Below are positions 55,508 through 64,000 of a DNA stretch of 64,000 nt, one piece after another (the stretch's first letter is position 1; every line of letters starts with the position of its first letter). The notes beneath the pieces were generated by a model. The model was not told where the DNA came from. It was given only the letters and a program-made list of their open reading frames with translations, and ran no database searches. Origin of the DNA: Candidatus Aenigmatarchaeota archaeon (GTDB taxonomy: Archaea; Aenigmatarchaeota; Aenigmatarchaeia; CG10238-14; SCSR01); the NCBI GenBank assembly GCA_038999725.1, contig JAWBWS010000001.1:64001-128000 (forward strand), given 5' to 3'. A program made the position numbers and the translations under genes.

Positions 55508-56473
55508 TCAAAACTTTTTTAATACTTTATTTATTGCTTTATCACTAGGATTGGATATAAGATCTAAAATGATCCGCCTAACTCCTTCTCTTATAGCAGG
55601 TGAGAGTCGAGATAGGGGCGAGTCTGGGCTATTTGCTAAAGTAGTTAGTGCATCTCTTCTTGCAGATGGAGTTCCAAGCTTTTTAATCTCCTCCAATTTC
55701 ATCTTTATTTCTTTTATCACTTCTTTGTCTATACCCATTTCTATCATTACAGCTTTTCTTGTCTCTTCTGCCATTTGCTCGATACCGTACCAACCTTCCA
55801 TCATCTTTTGCACTCCTTTCGTGAATAAAATTGCTCCAAACACTCCTGCCAGTCCCCAAGCACCATACCCATAAAAATCGAGAAGGAAAAAACCAAAGAT
55901 TTGTCTGCTAGAAAACATAGCTATGATGAAAGATAAGACAACACTAACCCATTTCACATTAAAGAAGTCCTCAATTCCCACACCCTTCATCAAACCATAA
56001 AGGAATGTCCAAATAAACGCAAAAGGCAACAAGATGTAAAAGAGGAAGAATACATTCCATTCAAGACTTGAATAACTTTTGGGATATCGCCCAAGCGTTG
56101 TACATGACCATACCGCAAGTATATCCCATACTTCTGTTGGTTTTTCTTTGCTTCCAAAAAGACTTGTACAAATTTCTAAAGTAATTTCAATCGGTTTGTA
56201 TTCAACAAACACCATTTTTAAAATACCTAATTCTAAGATTATCACAAGAGTGAAAAGAAAGAAACAACTGAGCTCCCTGAATATTTTCCCCCATTTATAT
56301 GGAAGAAAGCCACTCACAAGAAGTGGTAATGAAGTAAGTAATATGACTGGCCAGATAAAAGGATAAAAATTTGGTGGTATTTGTATGTCTAGTGCTGGAA
56401 GAATAATAAAAGCTAATATCCAAAAGACAATTAGGAATACTACTCCAGTAAGTATCGGGGCAAATTTTACCAT
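55508..56473 (-). CDS. Polytopic membrane protein
   Basis: FYILLPFAFIWTFLYGLM; paralog of 52401-53315. Confidence 0.7.
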   Translation of the reverse strand: MVKFAPILTGVVFLIVFWILAFIILPALDIQIPPNFYPFIWPVILLTSLPLLVSGFLPYKWGKIFRELSCFFLFTLVIILELGILKMVFVEYKPIEITLEICTSLFGSKEKPTEVWDILAVWSCTTLGRYPKSYSSLEWNVFFLFYILLPFAFIWTFLYGLMKGVGIEDFFNVKWVSVVLSFIIAMFSSRQIFGFFLLDFYGYGAWGLAGVFGAILFTKGVQKMMEGWYGIEQMAEETRKAVMIEMGIDKEVIKEIKMKLEEIKKLGTPSARRDALTTLANSPDSPLSRLSPAIREGVRRIILDLISNPSDKAINKVLKKF

Positions 56474-56518
56474 TAATTAATTATTAGAAGTTTGTAGTTA
56501 AATTATTAAAAAGAGTGG

Positions 56519-57739
56519 ATGTTTGATAGCTACAAGTCTTTTAAAGAATATATGAGATGGTCCATTCTCTCTCACTTAGATTCCATAGGAAAAATTAAAC
56601 ATGTTTTAGATTACGAAGTTGTTGTTAAAAACAAAATTTGTAGTGTAAGTAGCCTTGCAAACATGTATTGTATACTTGATGTCGATTTTACACTTACAAA
56701 AGATAGCAGTATATTTGAGGAATTTTATTACAATAGTCTGCCCGAAGTGAACAAAAACATAAAGAGAGATTTACAGATGATAAAAAAGATTATAAAGGAT
56801 ATTGGTAGCTCACCGTCAGATTTTAGTGAACCTCATGCAAAGTTGGATAAATTCCTTAGAAAATGTGAACTCACAAAAGAACAAGTTATAGAAGCTGCCG
56901 TGATGACGGGGGAAAGTAAAAATGTGAAAATAATTCCATATGCTTTTGAAGCTATAATCGAGCTTGAAAAAATAAATTGTAAAGTGGGGTTAAACACGGG
57001 TTCTGTTAAAGAAGTGGTAGAAGAAGTTTCAAGAAAAAAGATTGGGATTGAGACAAAAAATATTGCAGCAACAAGATTTTTTTATGATAAAAGGGGTGTT
57101 TTCTTAAAATCATGGCTAAATCTTGGAAAAAATAAAGAAATCAGCATGAGTAACTATTTCTTACCAGAAGCTTATTGTGATTTATCAATAACCACTCATC
57201 CAGAACTACCGAAAATTATTTATGTAGCTGATAAAACTCTTTCCCCCTTTGAAAGGTATGTTGCCGCAAAAGTTGGCTCATGTTTAGGGATTGTTTTGGA
57301 AGTTGGGGAGAACATTTACAAAAGAAATGAAGAATTTGAGTATGTGGTTAATGCAATAGAAATTAGAGAAGATTTGAGAAAAATTAAAGACTATGTACAA
57401 GCTTACAGGATAGCAACTATTTATCCTTTCCTTATAAAACCTGAAGAAGCTTATGAAGCAATAAAACTCGCGGAAGAAATAAACCTGTCGAACTTTAAGA
57501 ACTTTGAAGAACTTTTGTGTAAAATTCAAGATTTCATATCTTTAGAAATTTTGTTCCCAACTTTAACAACAAAAATCGATAAAAAATTGAGAGGGTTAAA
57601 AGAAAAACTAGGAATTGGTCTGAAAAGAGAAGATGTTGAAGAAATAGTGAATATTTTGAAATCTTTTGACTTTACATTTCATGTTAAAAAAGAGAGGAAG
57701 GAAGAACTTGAGTGGATTATTCACTCAGCCTATCAATGA
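56519..57739 (+). CDS. HAD-superfamily-like protein
   Basis: ILDVDFTLT (DxDxT), GLNTGS, IYVAD. Confidence 0.55.
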   Translation: MFDSYKSFKEYMRWSILSHLDSIGKIKHVLDYEVVVKNKICSVSSLANMYCILDVDFTLTKDSSIFEEFYYNSLPEVNKNIKRDLQMIKKIIKDIGSSPSDFSEPHAKLDKFLRKCELTKEQVIEAAVMTGESKNVKIIPYAFEAIIELEKINCKVGLNTGSVKEVVEEVSRKKIGIETKNIAATRFFYDKRGVFLKSWLNLGKNKEISMSNYFLPEAYCDLSITTHPELPKIIYVADKTLSPFERYVAAKVGSCLGIVLEVGENIYKRNEEFEYVVNAIEIREDLRKIKDYVQAYRIATIYPFLIKPEEAYEAIKLAEEINLSNFKNFEELLCKIQDFISLEILFPTLTTKIDKKLRGLKEKLGIGLKREDVEEIVNILKSFDFTFHVKKERKEELEWIIHSAYQ

Positions 57740-58667
57740 TTTTTTTCCTTATCCTCTCTATCCCTTTTTCTTTTTCATTCACATAGTCTATTATTTCCAT
57801 TGCTATTTTTTGGTATAAAAGCCTAAAACTTTCCTCACTTAATGGCAAATTTTCTTTACATATCTTATCTAGTTCTTCTGTTTTCAAAAGTGACTTATAG
57901 AATTCTTCTTGTGTAAGATTTGCTTCTTCTAGTTTTTCTTTCAATTTTTTCCTCTCCATTTTCAAATTTAAGTATGGTTCAAAAAGATTTCCCGCCATTT
58001 CTTTTAGTTTATTCGCATATTCTTTTATTTCCAAGTAAAGTTCTGGGAGCATTATTTCGACCTTTGGCTCCCATTTTTCTTTTCTTTTCTGTTTGAAAAT
58101 ATCAATAAAAACTTTTTTCTCATCAACTATTATTTCATAATTCGTTCTTAGTTTTGAAACACCAGGCAAAAACAAGAAATCTTTAGGATTAAAGGCTATG
58201 TAGATTTCAGAAGGATTGAATGAAGAAGTTAAAGGTACATATACTTCTATGCCTTTCGCCTTTAATTCGACGTCATAATATCTCACAATAACATCAAGCT
58301 CTATTGAAAGTCCATCAATATCTATGTTATAGAAACTAAACAAAAGTGGATGGAAACCAACCCAATTTTCTCTTACATCTTCTCTAATCAAGATTGTTTT
58401 ATTTTGAGTCTTTTCAAAAATTTCTTTCATGTAAGGATAAATCTTCTCTCTTATGTCTGTATAACTTATATCTGAAAAAATAGGTCCACCAAACTCTCTA
58501 AAAAACAGGCAATTTAAAATAACTTGGAGGTAGACATCAACCTCTTCTATACAGCTAGGGGCATCTTCAAAAACCGATAGCCTTTCTAAAAGAAGCTTGG
58601 GATTCTCATAATATTTTGCTATGATTTCAAGTATTTTTGAAATCCTTTCCAGTTTTAAATTACTCAT
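57717..58667 (-). CDS. Hypothetical protein
   Basis: 316-aa ORF. Confidence 0.65.
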   Translation of the reverse strand: MSNLKLERISKILEIIAKYYENPKLLLERLSVFEDAPSCIEEVDVYLQVILNCLFFREFGGPIFSDISYTDIREKIYPYMKEIFEKTQNKTILIREDVRENWVGFHPLLFSFYNIDIDGLSIELDVIVRYYDVELKAKGIEVYVPLTSSFNPSEIYIAFNPKDFLFLPGVSKLRTNYEIIVDEKKVFIDIFKQKRKEKWEPKVEIMLPELYLEIKEYANKLKEMAGNLFEPYLNLKMERKKLKEKLEEANLTQEEFYKSLLKTEELDKICKENLPLSEESFRLLYQKIAMEIIDYVNEKEKGIERIRKKIIDRLSE

Positions 58668-58720
58668 AATAAAAATTCAAGGAAAATAAACATAAATTTT
58701 ATCCTAATAAATAAGTTATT

Positions 58721-59566
58721 ATGAAGGTTTGTCTGTTATTCTTATCGTTATTAATCATTGTTATATTTATTTCAGGTTGTATTTCTCAAGAAGAGAAAAA
58801 AGTAGCTGGCGTTGGTTTAAGCTCCACACTTACTGTTGATGTAAAAGAAGTAAAAGCTTCTACACCCATGAGCTTTATTTTGACAGTTAAAAATCTTGCT
58901 TCCGAAGCAGCAGAAGACATCTCGGTACATCTTACAAACTTAACTGATTGGAAGATAGAAAATGAGATTCAAAGATTAGAAAGCCTCCCTCCAAATGATT
59001 TGTATAAATTCTCTTGGGTGGCTTATGCTCCTCAACAAAATGGAATTTTTATTCCAACTTCAAACATTTTCTATTTCATGAAAACAAGAGCAAATTTAAA
59101 GATAAGAGTTTATGATAATGAGTATTTGAATACATTAAAACAAGAAGAAAGGGTAAAAATAAAAGAAAGATCTGCTGTGCTGTCTTATGTAGCAAGTAAA
59201 AACACACCAATAACCATACAAGTAAGTCTTCAACAACCTTTTATTTTAACGCGCTACAAGGAAACTTTTTCTTTTGTCTTGGAAATAAAAAATGTCGGTC
59301 TTGGTGAAGTTTATAGCGAGTTGAGCACTTACCCTCCTTATGATGGAAGTAAAGATTATTTAACTTTTGAATTCAATGGAAATGCTACAATAGAATGCGA
59401 TTATGAAAGCTATAGTTTGATAAAATTAAGTAACAATAGTAAAAACATTGTTTGTAGGGTTATAGTAACGAAAGACGAATTGGATAATTATGTAGATTTT
59501 TCCATTGATTTTGTGACAAGCTACAAGTACCTTGACAAAGCAACGACAAAAATTGAAGTTAAATAA
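58721..59566 (+). CDS. Putative lipoprotein with Ig-like domains
   Basis: Hydrophobic leader ending ISGC; FILTVKN and LEIKNVG motifs. Confidence 0.7.
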   Translation: MKVCLLFLSLLIIVIFISGCISQEEKKVAGVGLSSTLTVDVKEVKASTPMSFILTVKNLASEAAEDISVHLTNLTDWKIENEIQRLESLPPNDLYKFSWVAYAPQQNGIFIPTSNIFYFMKTRANLKIRVYDNEYLNTLKQEERVKIKERSAVLSYVASKNTPITIQVSLQQPFILTRYKETFSFVLEIKNVGLGEVYSELSTYPPYDGSKDYLTFEFNGNATIECDYESYSLIKLSNNSKNIVCRVIVTKDELDNYVDFSIDFVTSYKYLDKATTKIEVK

Positions 59567-59604
59567 ATCCTTGTTTTTTAAATTTGTAAAACCAACTTCA
59601 TTTT

Positions 59605-60591
59605 ATGGAAGATGTTAGCCTGGTGCTTGTTATTTGTCTAATAGCTGTTATTGTTATTGGCTGCTACTTAATTTATGAAAGTTTAAAAACCAAGGTTGTT
59701 ATCGAGGTTTCAAAGCCGAGCATACCAAAATTTGCTGATCTCAATTTCTTTTTTGGAACTGAAAGTGAAGAAGGTCTCCCCACACGATTTTTGGATATAA
59801 AAAAAGGATATTTTGAGTTTCCTTTCAATGTTAAAAATTTGTTCAACGAAAAAGTTAGGGTTAAAATCTGTCCAAAAATTGTTACTAAAAGTTTAGATTT
59901 GACATCTTCCATAGAAATTGATTGTTTAGAACTTGAATTGAATAAAGGTGAAGGTAAAAAATTGAATATAAAAATCCCATTCTCTGGAAAAGAAGAAGAA
60001 CTTTTAAATTCAACGAAAACTGTTTTAAGAGTAGAAGTGGAGTATACGGGCCTAATAAGCAGCTTCTGTGATTTGTATTTATTCGTTGGCTACCCATACT
60101 GTGAAGTTTCAGATTCAGCTTCCCTCAAAATATCACCAGACTTAAGACCTAACCCAATAAATTTGGATAAAGATGAAAAATTCTCTGTTTATCTAAAGAT
60201 AAGAAAATTTTCAGAATTCCTTGAACTTGAAAGGGTAGAAATCTTACCAATTGAAACCAAAGTCAGGATAATTTCTTATGGTAAAGAAAGGGTAGAAACA
60301 ATAACCCTTGAAGAAAATTATAGCTCTGAGTTATCTTATGTTGTTTCTTTGCCTGAAGACTACATCTTCTTACATGAGTTCAATGCCCCAAAGATAAGAG
60401 TCGAAGAAGGTGAAAAAAAAGAATACATAAATATAAGATGTGAAGATGAAGCCGTAAAGAAACTTAAGATTTGTGAGCTTAGATTTAAAGATGAAAAAGT
60501 CGATCAAGCATTCAGGAAACTTACCTTAGAATTAAAATTATTTTTCCTAAGCAAAAGATCAATAGAAGAGAATCTGCAGGTAACTAAGTAA
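59605..60591 (+). CDS. Membrane-anchored hypothetical protein
   Basis: N-terminal TM, beta-rich body. Confidence 0.65.
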   Translation: MEDVSLVLVICLIAVIVIGCYLIYESLKTKVVIEVSKPSIPKFADLNFFFGTESEEGLPTRFLDIKKGYFEFPFNVKNLFNEKVRVKICPKIVTKSLDLTSSIEIDCLELELNKGEGKKLNIKIPFSGKEEELLNSTKTVLRVEVEYTGLISSFCDLYLFVGYPYCEVSDSASLKISPDLRPNPINLDKDEKFSVYLKIRKFSEFLELERVEILPIETKVRIISYGKERVETITLEENYSSELSYVVSLPEDYIFLHEFNAPKIRVEEGEKKEYINIRCEDEAVKKLKICELRFKDEKVDQAFRKLTLELKLFFLSKRSIEENLQVTK

Positions 60592-60940
60592 CTTGGCAGT
60601 TACAGCTCTTTAAACAAAGGTCAAAATTCTTGTACTCGAAGAATTCGCAAACTTCTCCAAATGTTGCTTTGTTTATATCAGCATTTCTGTTGTTCGGGTC
60701 TGGTAGCCTTTTGCCTATTTGATCATAAAAGATTCCGCTCTTTTCATATTCTAAGTTTGGCATGTAAGCGTTGATGCATCCTCTTACATTCATTTCTCTA
60801 CAAAGCTCTTGATGCCCTGTTATTCTAAATATCCAAGTTTTAAACGGCCCAAACTGACCGCCAAACAAAGCAATAACAGCTACTGCCACCACTATGATTA
60901 TTACAAGAGCTGCAACTATCCAAAAAGTTTGCTCAGCCAT
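60584..60940 (-). CDS. Pilin-like protein
   Basis: MAEQTFWIVAALVIIIVV; C-terminal C...CxxxCxC. Confidence 0.65.
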   Translation of the reverse strand: MAEQTFWIVAALVIIIVVAVAVIALFGGQFGPFKTWIFRITGHQELCREMNVRGCINAYMPNLEYEKSGIFYDQIGKRLPDPNNRNADINKATFGEVCEFFEYKNFDLCLKSCNCQVT

Positions 60941-60990
60941 GAATAAATTTTAATTTTACTGTAATTTAAATTTAAATTTGTTTGATGAAT

Positions 60991-61404
60991 TTAAGGCGAA
61001 AACCTAAACTTCACAAACTTTGATAAATTTACCTCTTTTTCTAAATCCTTGTAATTATATGTTATCTTACCTTCAACTATGAAAAAATCATCTTCTTGAT
61101 AAGCATTCAAAAATTCAAAATGTGAATTAGAATTTTTTAAATTAAGGGTAATTGTTTTGGATATCTCTTTTACAATATCTCCGTACGAATAACCTCTCCC
61201 TCTACTTTCCAAGCATTCGTTTTCTAAATATTTCCTGAAATAGAATTGGGAATACTCCACTTCATTCACGATTTCAGAATATTTTCTAGATATTGTTGAA
61301 ATTTCTATCTCACTATCCAAAAGCTCACCTAAAAAGTAAAAACCTATAACCATCAAAATACAAACAATGAATATAGCAACTATATAGCCTATTACTCCTT
61401 TCAT
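60991..61404 (-). CDS. Pilin-like protein
   Basis: MKG|VIGYIVAIFIV. Confidence 0.7.
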   Translation of the reverse strand: MKGVIGYIVAIFIVCILMVIGFYFLGELLDSEIEISTISRKYSEIVNEVEYSQFYFRKYLENECLESRGRGYSYGDIVKEISKTITLNLKNSNSHFEFLNAYQEDDFFIVEGKITYNYKDLEKEVNLSKFVKFRFSP

Positions 61405-61790
61405 ACCATAACCTCTATTTTTATTTTTTTATTGTCTTCAACTAGTTCGAGAGATGTTTTTTCTTCAGAAACTAGCTTAGGATTTCCTAAAATCTTATCA
61501 GCTACTGTAATTTTATAAGAAGGTAGGACTTTATTTATCTCCGATTCTATTTCAGCTTTATCGATTTTCCCTTCTAAATAATCTAAAATTTTTTCACTCA
61601 TATCAGACTGGGCTATAGCTATAGAAAGTGCTTGGGATTTAAGTGGATTGTAAATTGGTTTATAGATTATGTCAACTTCTATCTTTATTTGTAAGAAAGA
61701 CATGATAACATACAATATGCTACAAAATATTATGAAAATCACTAGGAAAATCACAAAGTTAAATATTTTAGGCAAAAGCTGGCCCTTAAT
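61401..61790 (-). CDS. Pilin-like protein, probable ATT start at 61790
   Basis: ATT-AAG-GGC-CAG gives (M)KG|QLLPKIFNFVIFL; TTG at 61775 is the alternative. Confidence 0.6.
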   Translation of the reverse strand: MKGQLLPKIFNFVIFLVIFIIFCSILYVIMSFLQIKIEVDIIYKPIYNPLKSQALSIAIAQSDMSEKILDYLEGKIDKAEIESEINKVLPSYKITVADKILGNPKLVSEEKTSLELVEDNKKIKIEVMV

Positions 61791-62193
61791 AGCCTACCAC
61801 CATTTTCCCAAATTTGAATTTTCCATTTGAATAAATCGTAATTGGAAGTGTAATCTTAACTCTATTCTTTGATGATCCAAGCCTCCATATGGTTTTAAAA
61901 TCAGTTATTTCTACTTCAAAGTAATTTGAATCAAAGCAAAGATCTCCTCGATTCAATTTTTTTTCATCAAAAATGCCTCTGTAAAAATTTCCAGCCTCAT
62001 CTTCATATATCAAACATTTATTGCCCATGATTGAGTTAATTCCATCAAAAATTATTCTGTTATCAATGGTGTCCTTAATTTTTATGTTATAAACTGTAAA
62101 CAGTAAGAATAAACCAAGTAAAAAGGCTATTGTTAAAAGATTTTTAAGTATGTCTATCATTTCTTCCGGTATTATGAAAGCTTGTCCCTTCAT
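61786..62193 (-). CDS. Pilin-like protein
   Basis: MKG|QAFIIPEEMID; CLIYE...GIFDEKKL motif shared with 40139-41536. Confidence 0.72.
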   Translation of the reverse strand: MKGQAFIIPEEMIDILKNLLTIAFLLGLFLLFTVYNIKIKDTIDNRIIFDGINSIMGNKCLIYEDEAGNFYRGIFDEKKLNRGDLCFDSNYFEVEITDFKTIWRLGSSKNRVKITLPITIYSNGKFKFGKMVVGY

Positions 62194-62570
62194 TCTATCC
62201 AAACCTCATCTCCCACTTTCTTTATGGTTATAAATGTATTAGGACAATTTGAGCTGCTGTCCTTAATTTTGACATAATTTGGAGAAATTATTTCATTGGA
62301 ATAAGTGTCATCTCCTATTCTCACAATAACTTTACCTTCAGAAATTTTAACATCACAAGATTTTCCAACAAGAATTTTTGACGAAACATTAAAAGTTGAA
62401 GATGAAATGGAAGAAATTACACTTGCCAAGGTTTCTGAAAAAAGTTTACTGTTCATCCAATTCCTTTTGAATAGGGATAAACCAACAATGTAAGAAGAGT
62501 ATATTATTAACAAAAGAATAACAATGTTAGCAAAAAACTGTAAAAATTGGATTAACAAAGAGCCTTTCAT
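62190..62570 (-). CDS. Pilin-like protein
   Basis: MKG|SLLIQFLQFFANIV. Confidence 0.72.
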   Translation of the reverse strand: MKGSLLIQFLQFFANIVILLLIIYSSYIVGLSLFKRNWMNSKLFSETLASVISSISSSTFNVSSKILVGKSCDVKISEGKVIVRIGDDTYSNEIISPNYVKIKDSSSNCPNTFITIKKVGDEVWIE

Positions 62571-62573
62571 AAT

Positions 62574-63998
62574 TTAATTTAGGCTTGATATTTTAAAGTC
62601 TATTAAAGTTGGGTTGTTTTTGTAAACATCCGGATAAATTAACTGTGTTTCTCTGTAGACATCTATGAGAAGCCCTACAAATCCTGAAACTACTGAGCAA
62701 AGGCCAGGGAATTTGGGTCCAAAGCCTAAACATGTTTTTATCACATCAGGAATGGTTAAAGGTGCGAGTGTTCCTCCTGAGAGAAGTGTTCCACCTACAG
62801 CACAAAGTGCTGAAGAAACACACCTTGACAAATATTCTCCGGCTTCTGTTCCAATATACCAGTTTACAAGACCGGCTGTTGCATAACAGTAATTCTTTTT
62901 GTTGTGAGCCTCCGGCATATAGGGCTCAACATATATAGTGCCCCCCTCTTGATAAATTCTAAGTTTTGCATAACATGGGCTTACCAAGTAAAATCTTGGG
63001 TCTGGTGCTACTATGCTACCTCTCTTCAACTTTATTGAATCTATGCCTTTAGCTTGACAAGCTTGTAATGGATAAGCCCTAACACAAGCACCTAATTGAA
63101 CACAAAGAGCTCCATCTTGGCAAGATGTTTGACAATAGCCTTCTGGTGGTTTCTCTCTAGACGGATAGCCATAATAAGAAAAATACCTATCCCAATAAGT
63201 TGCTCCTAATGGAGTATAAAGATCCTGAGTTCTAAGAATAGCATAGCCTAAAGTTCCTCTTGAAAATATTTCTACATCTTCTTTCAATCTTAATCTTTTT
63301 TCGTTAAGTAGATCCCATAATTTTTTAGCTTCTTCAGGATCTTTAAAAACATCATTATAATCCTCTTTAACAATATTTTCTGTTCTATAAGAAAGAATAT
63401 TGAGGAAATCCTCTCGACTTGGTAAAGGTCTCAAGAAGATATCTGACTCTATTAAAAGCTCTTCATATAAGTTCAGGGCCTCCTCGTCCAAACTGTCAAT
63501 CAACTTCTCTAATTTTGATCCTTTCTCCATAACTACAAAAAACAGGCCTTGACTCGCTTCTTCCTCCAATCTAGCCAACCTTAATGAGATTATTCTCAAT
63601 GCTTCTTCTTCATCAGCAACCTTAACCCCAGCACGTTTAAGAACATCTAATGCTTCACTTGGATTTTCTTCAAAATATTTTTTAAGATGCTTAGCCATAA
63701 TTGAAAATGAGTCAGAGTCTATAACTTTATCGCTCATTATCTTTTCTTCTAGCAAAGCAATTTTTTCCTCAAAAGGTAAAACAACTTTTTCTTTTAGTTT
63801 AGTTAATAGGCTTTTCTTATCAGCTATAACTTCTTTAATCCCGGTAATTTTATAATCTTCCCTCTCATATACAATCGTAAAAATTCCATCAACTCTATTC
63901 GGATATCCTTTTTCTTTAAGGTATTCTTCTAATGGATTTATTATGTTTTCTAACGCTTTTTTAGAATCTTTTTTAGCAATAATTTTCCCTGTTACTTC
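62574..63998 (-). CDS. Large hypothetical protein, C-terminal part (5' truncated by window)
   Basis: Frame open to window edge; acidic helical region then Cys-rich C-terminus. Confidence 0.75.
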   Translation of the reverse strand, partial: EVTGKIIAKKDSKKALENIINPLEEYLKEKGYPNRVDGIFTIVYEREDYKITGIKEVIADKKSLLTKLKEKVVLPFEEKIALLEEKIMSDKVIDSDSFSIMAKHLKKYFEENPSEALDVLKRAGVKVADEEEALRIISLRLARLEEEASQGLFFVVMEKGSKLEKLIDSLDEEALNLYEELLIESDIFLRPLPSREDFLNILSYRTENIVKEDYNDVFKDPEEAKKLWDLLNEKRLRLKEDVEIFSRGTLGYAILRTQDLYTPLGATYWDRYFSYYGYPSREKPPEGYCQTSCQDGALCVQLGACVRAYPLQACQAKGIDSIKLKRGSIVAPDPRFYLVSPCYAKLRIYQEGGTIYVEPYMPEAHNKKNYCYATAGLVNWYIGTEAGEYLSRCVSSALCAVGGTLLSGGTLAPLTIPDVIKTCLGFGPKFPGLCSVVSGFVGLLIDVYRETQLIYPDVYKNNPTLIDFKISSLN

Positions 63999-64000
63999 AT

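Noticed and set aside
1..64000. CRISPR arrays, rRNA, intact transposases or proviruses
   Set aside because: None recognised by eye; short or diverged elements could have been missed.

Overview
AT-rich archaeal chromosomal segment. Gene content (form III RuBisCO/AMP pathway, topo VI, Alba, S-layer protein, EndoQ, many class III signal-peptide proteins) suggests a DPANN archaeon, possibly Aenigmarchaeota-like (inference). The first ~37 kb holds housekeeping genes, the SRP RNA and 8 tRNA genes, all intron-containing (11 introns, 6 at non-canonical positions). The last ~27 kb is mostly a large type IV pilin-like/adhesin locus with a TadB/C-like platform gene. Three RNA-processing signals stand out. 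(1) uppS is interrupted by a 32-nt bulge-helix-bulge (BHB)-type intron whose rule-based excision restores the reading frame. (2) The introns of tRNA-Trp, -Leu(CAA) and -Gln(UUG) each carry a minimal box D'/C' K-loop with a guide that co-varies with the host anticodon and points at wobble position 34. (3) The splicing endonuclease EndA has Ala at the usual catalytic Lys and an extended Lys-bearing loop. All assignments come from reading the sequence by eye; no database searches were run.
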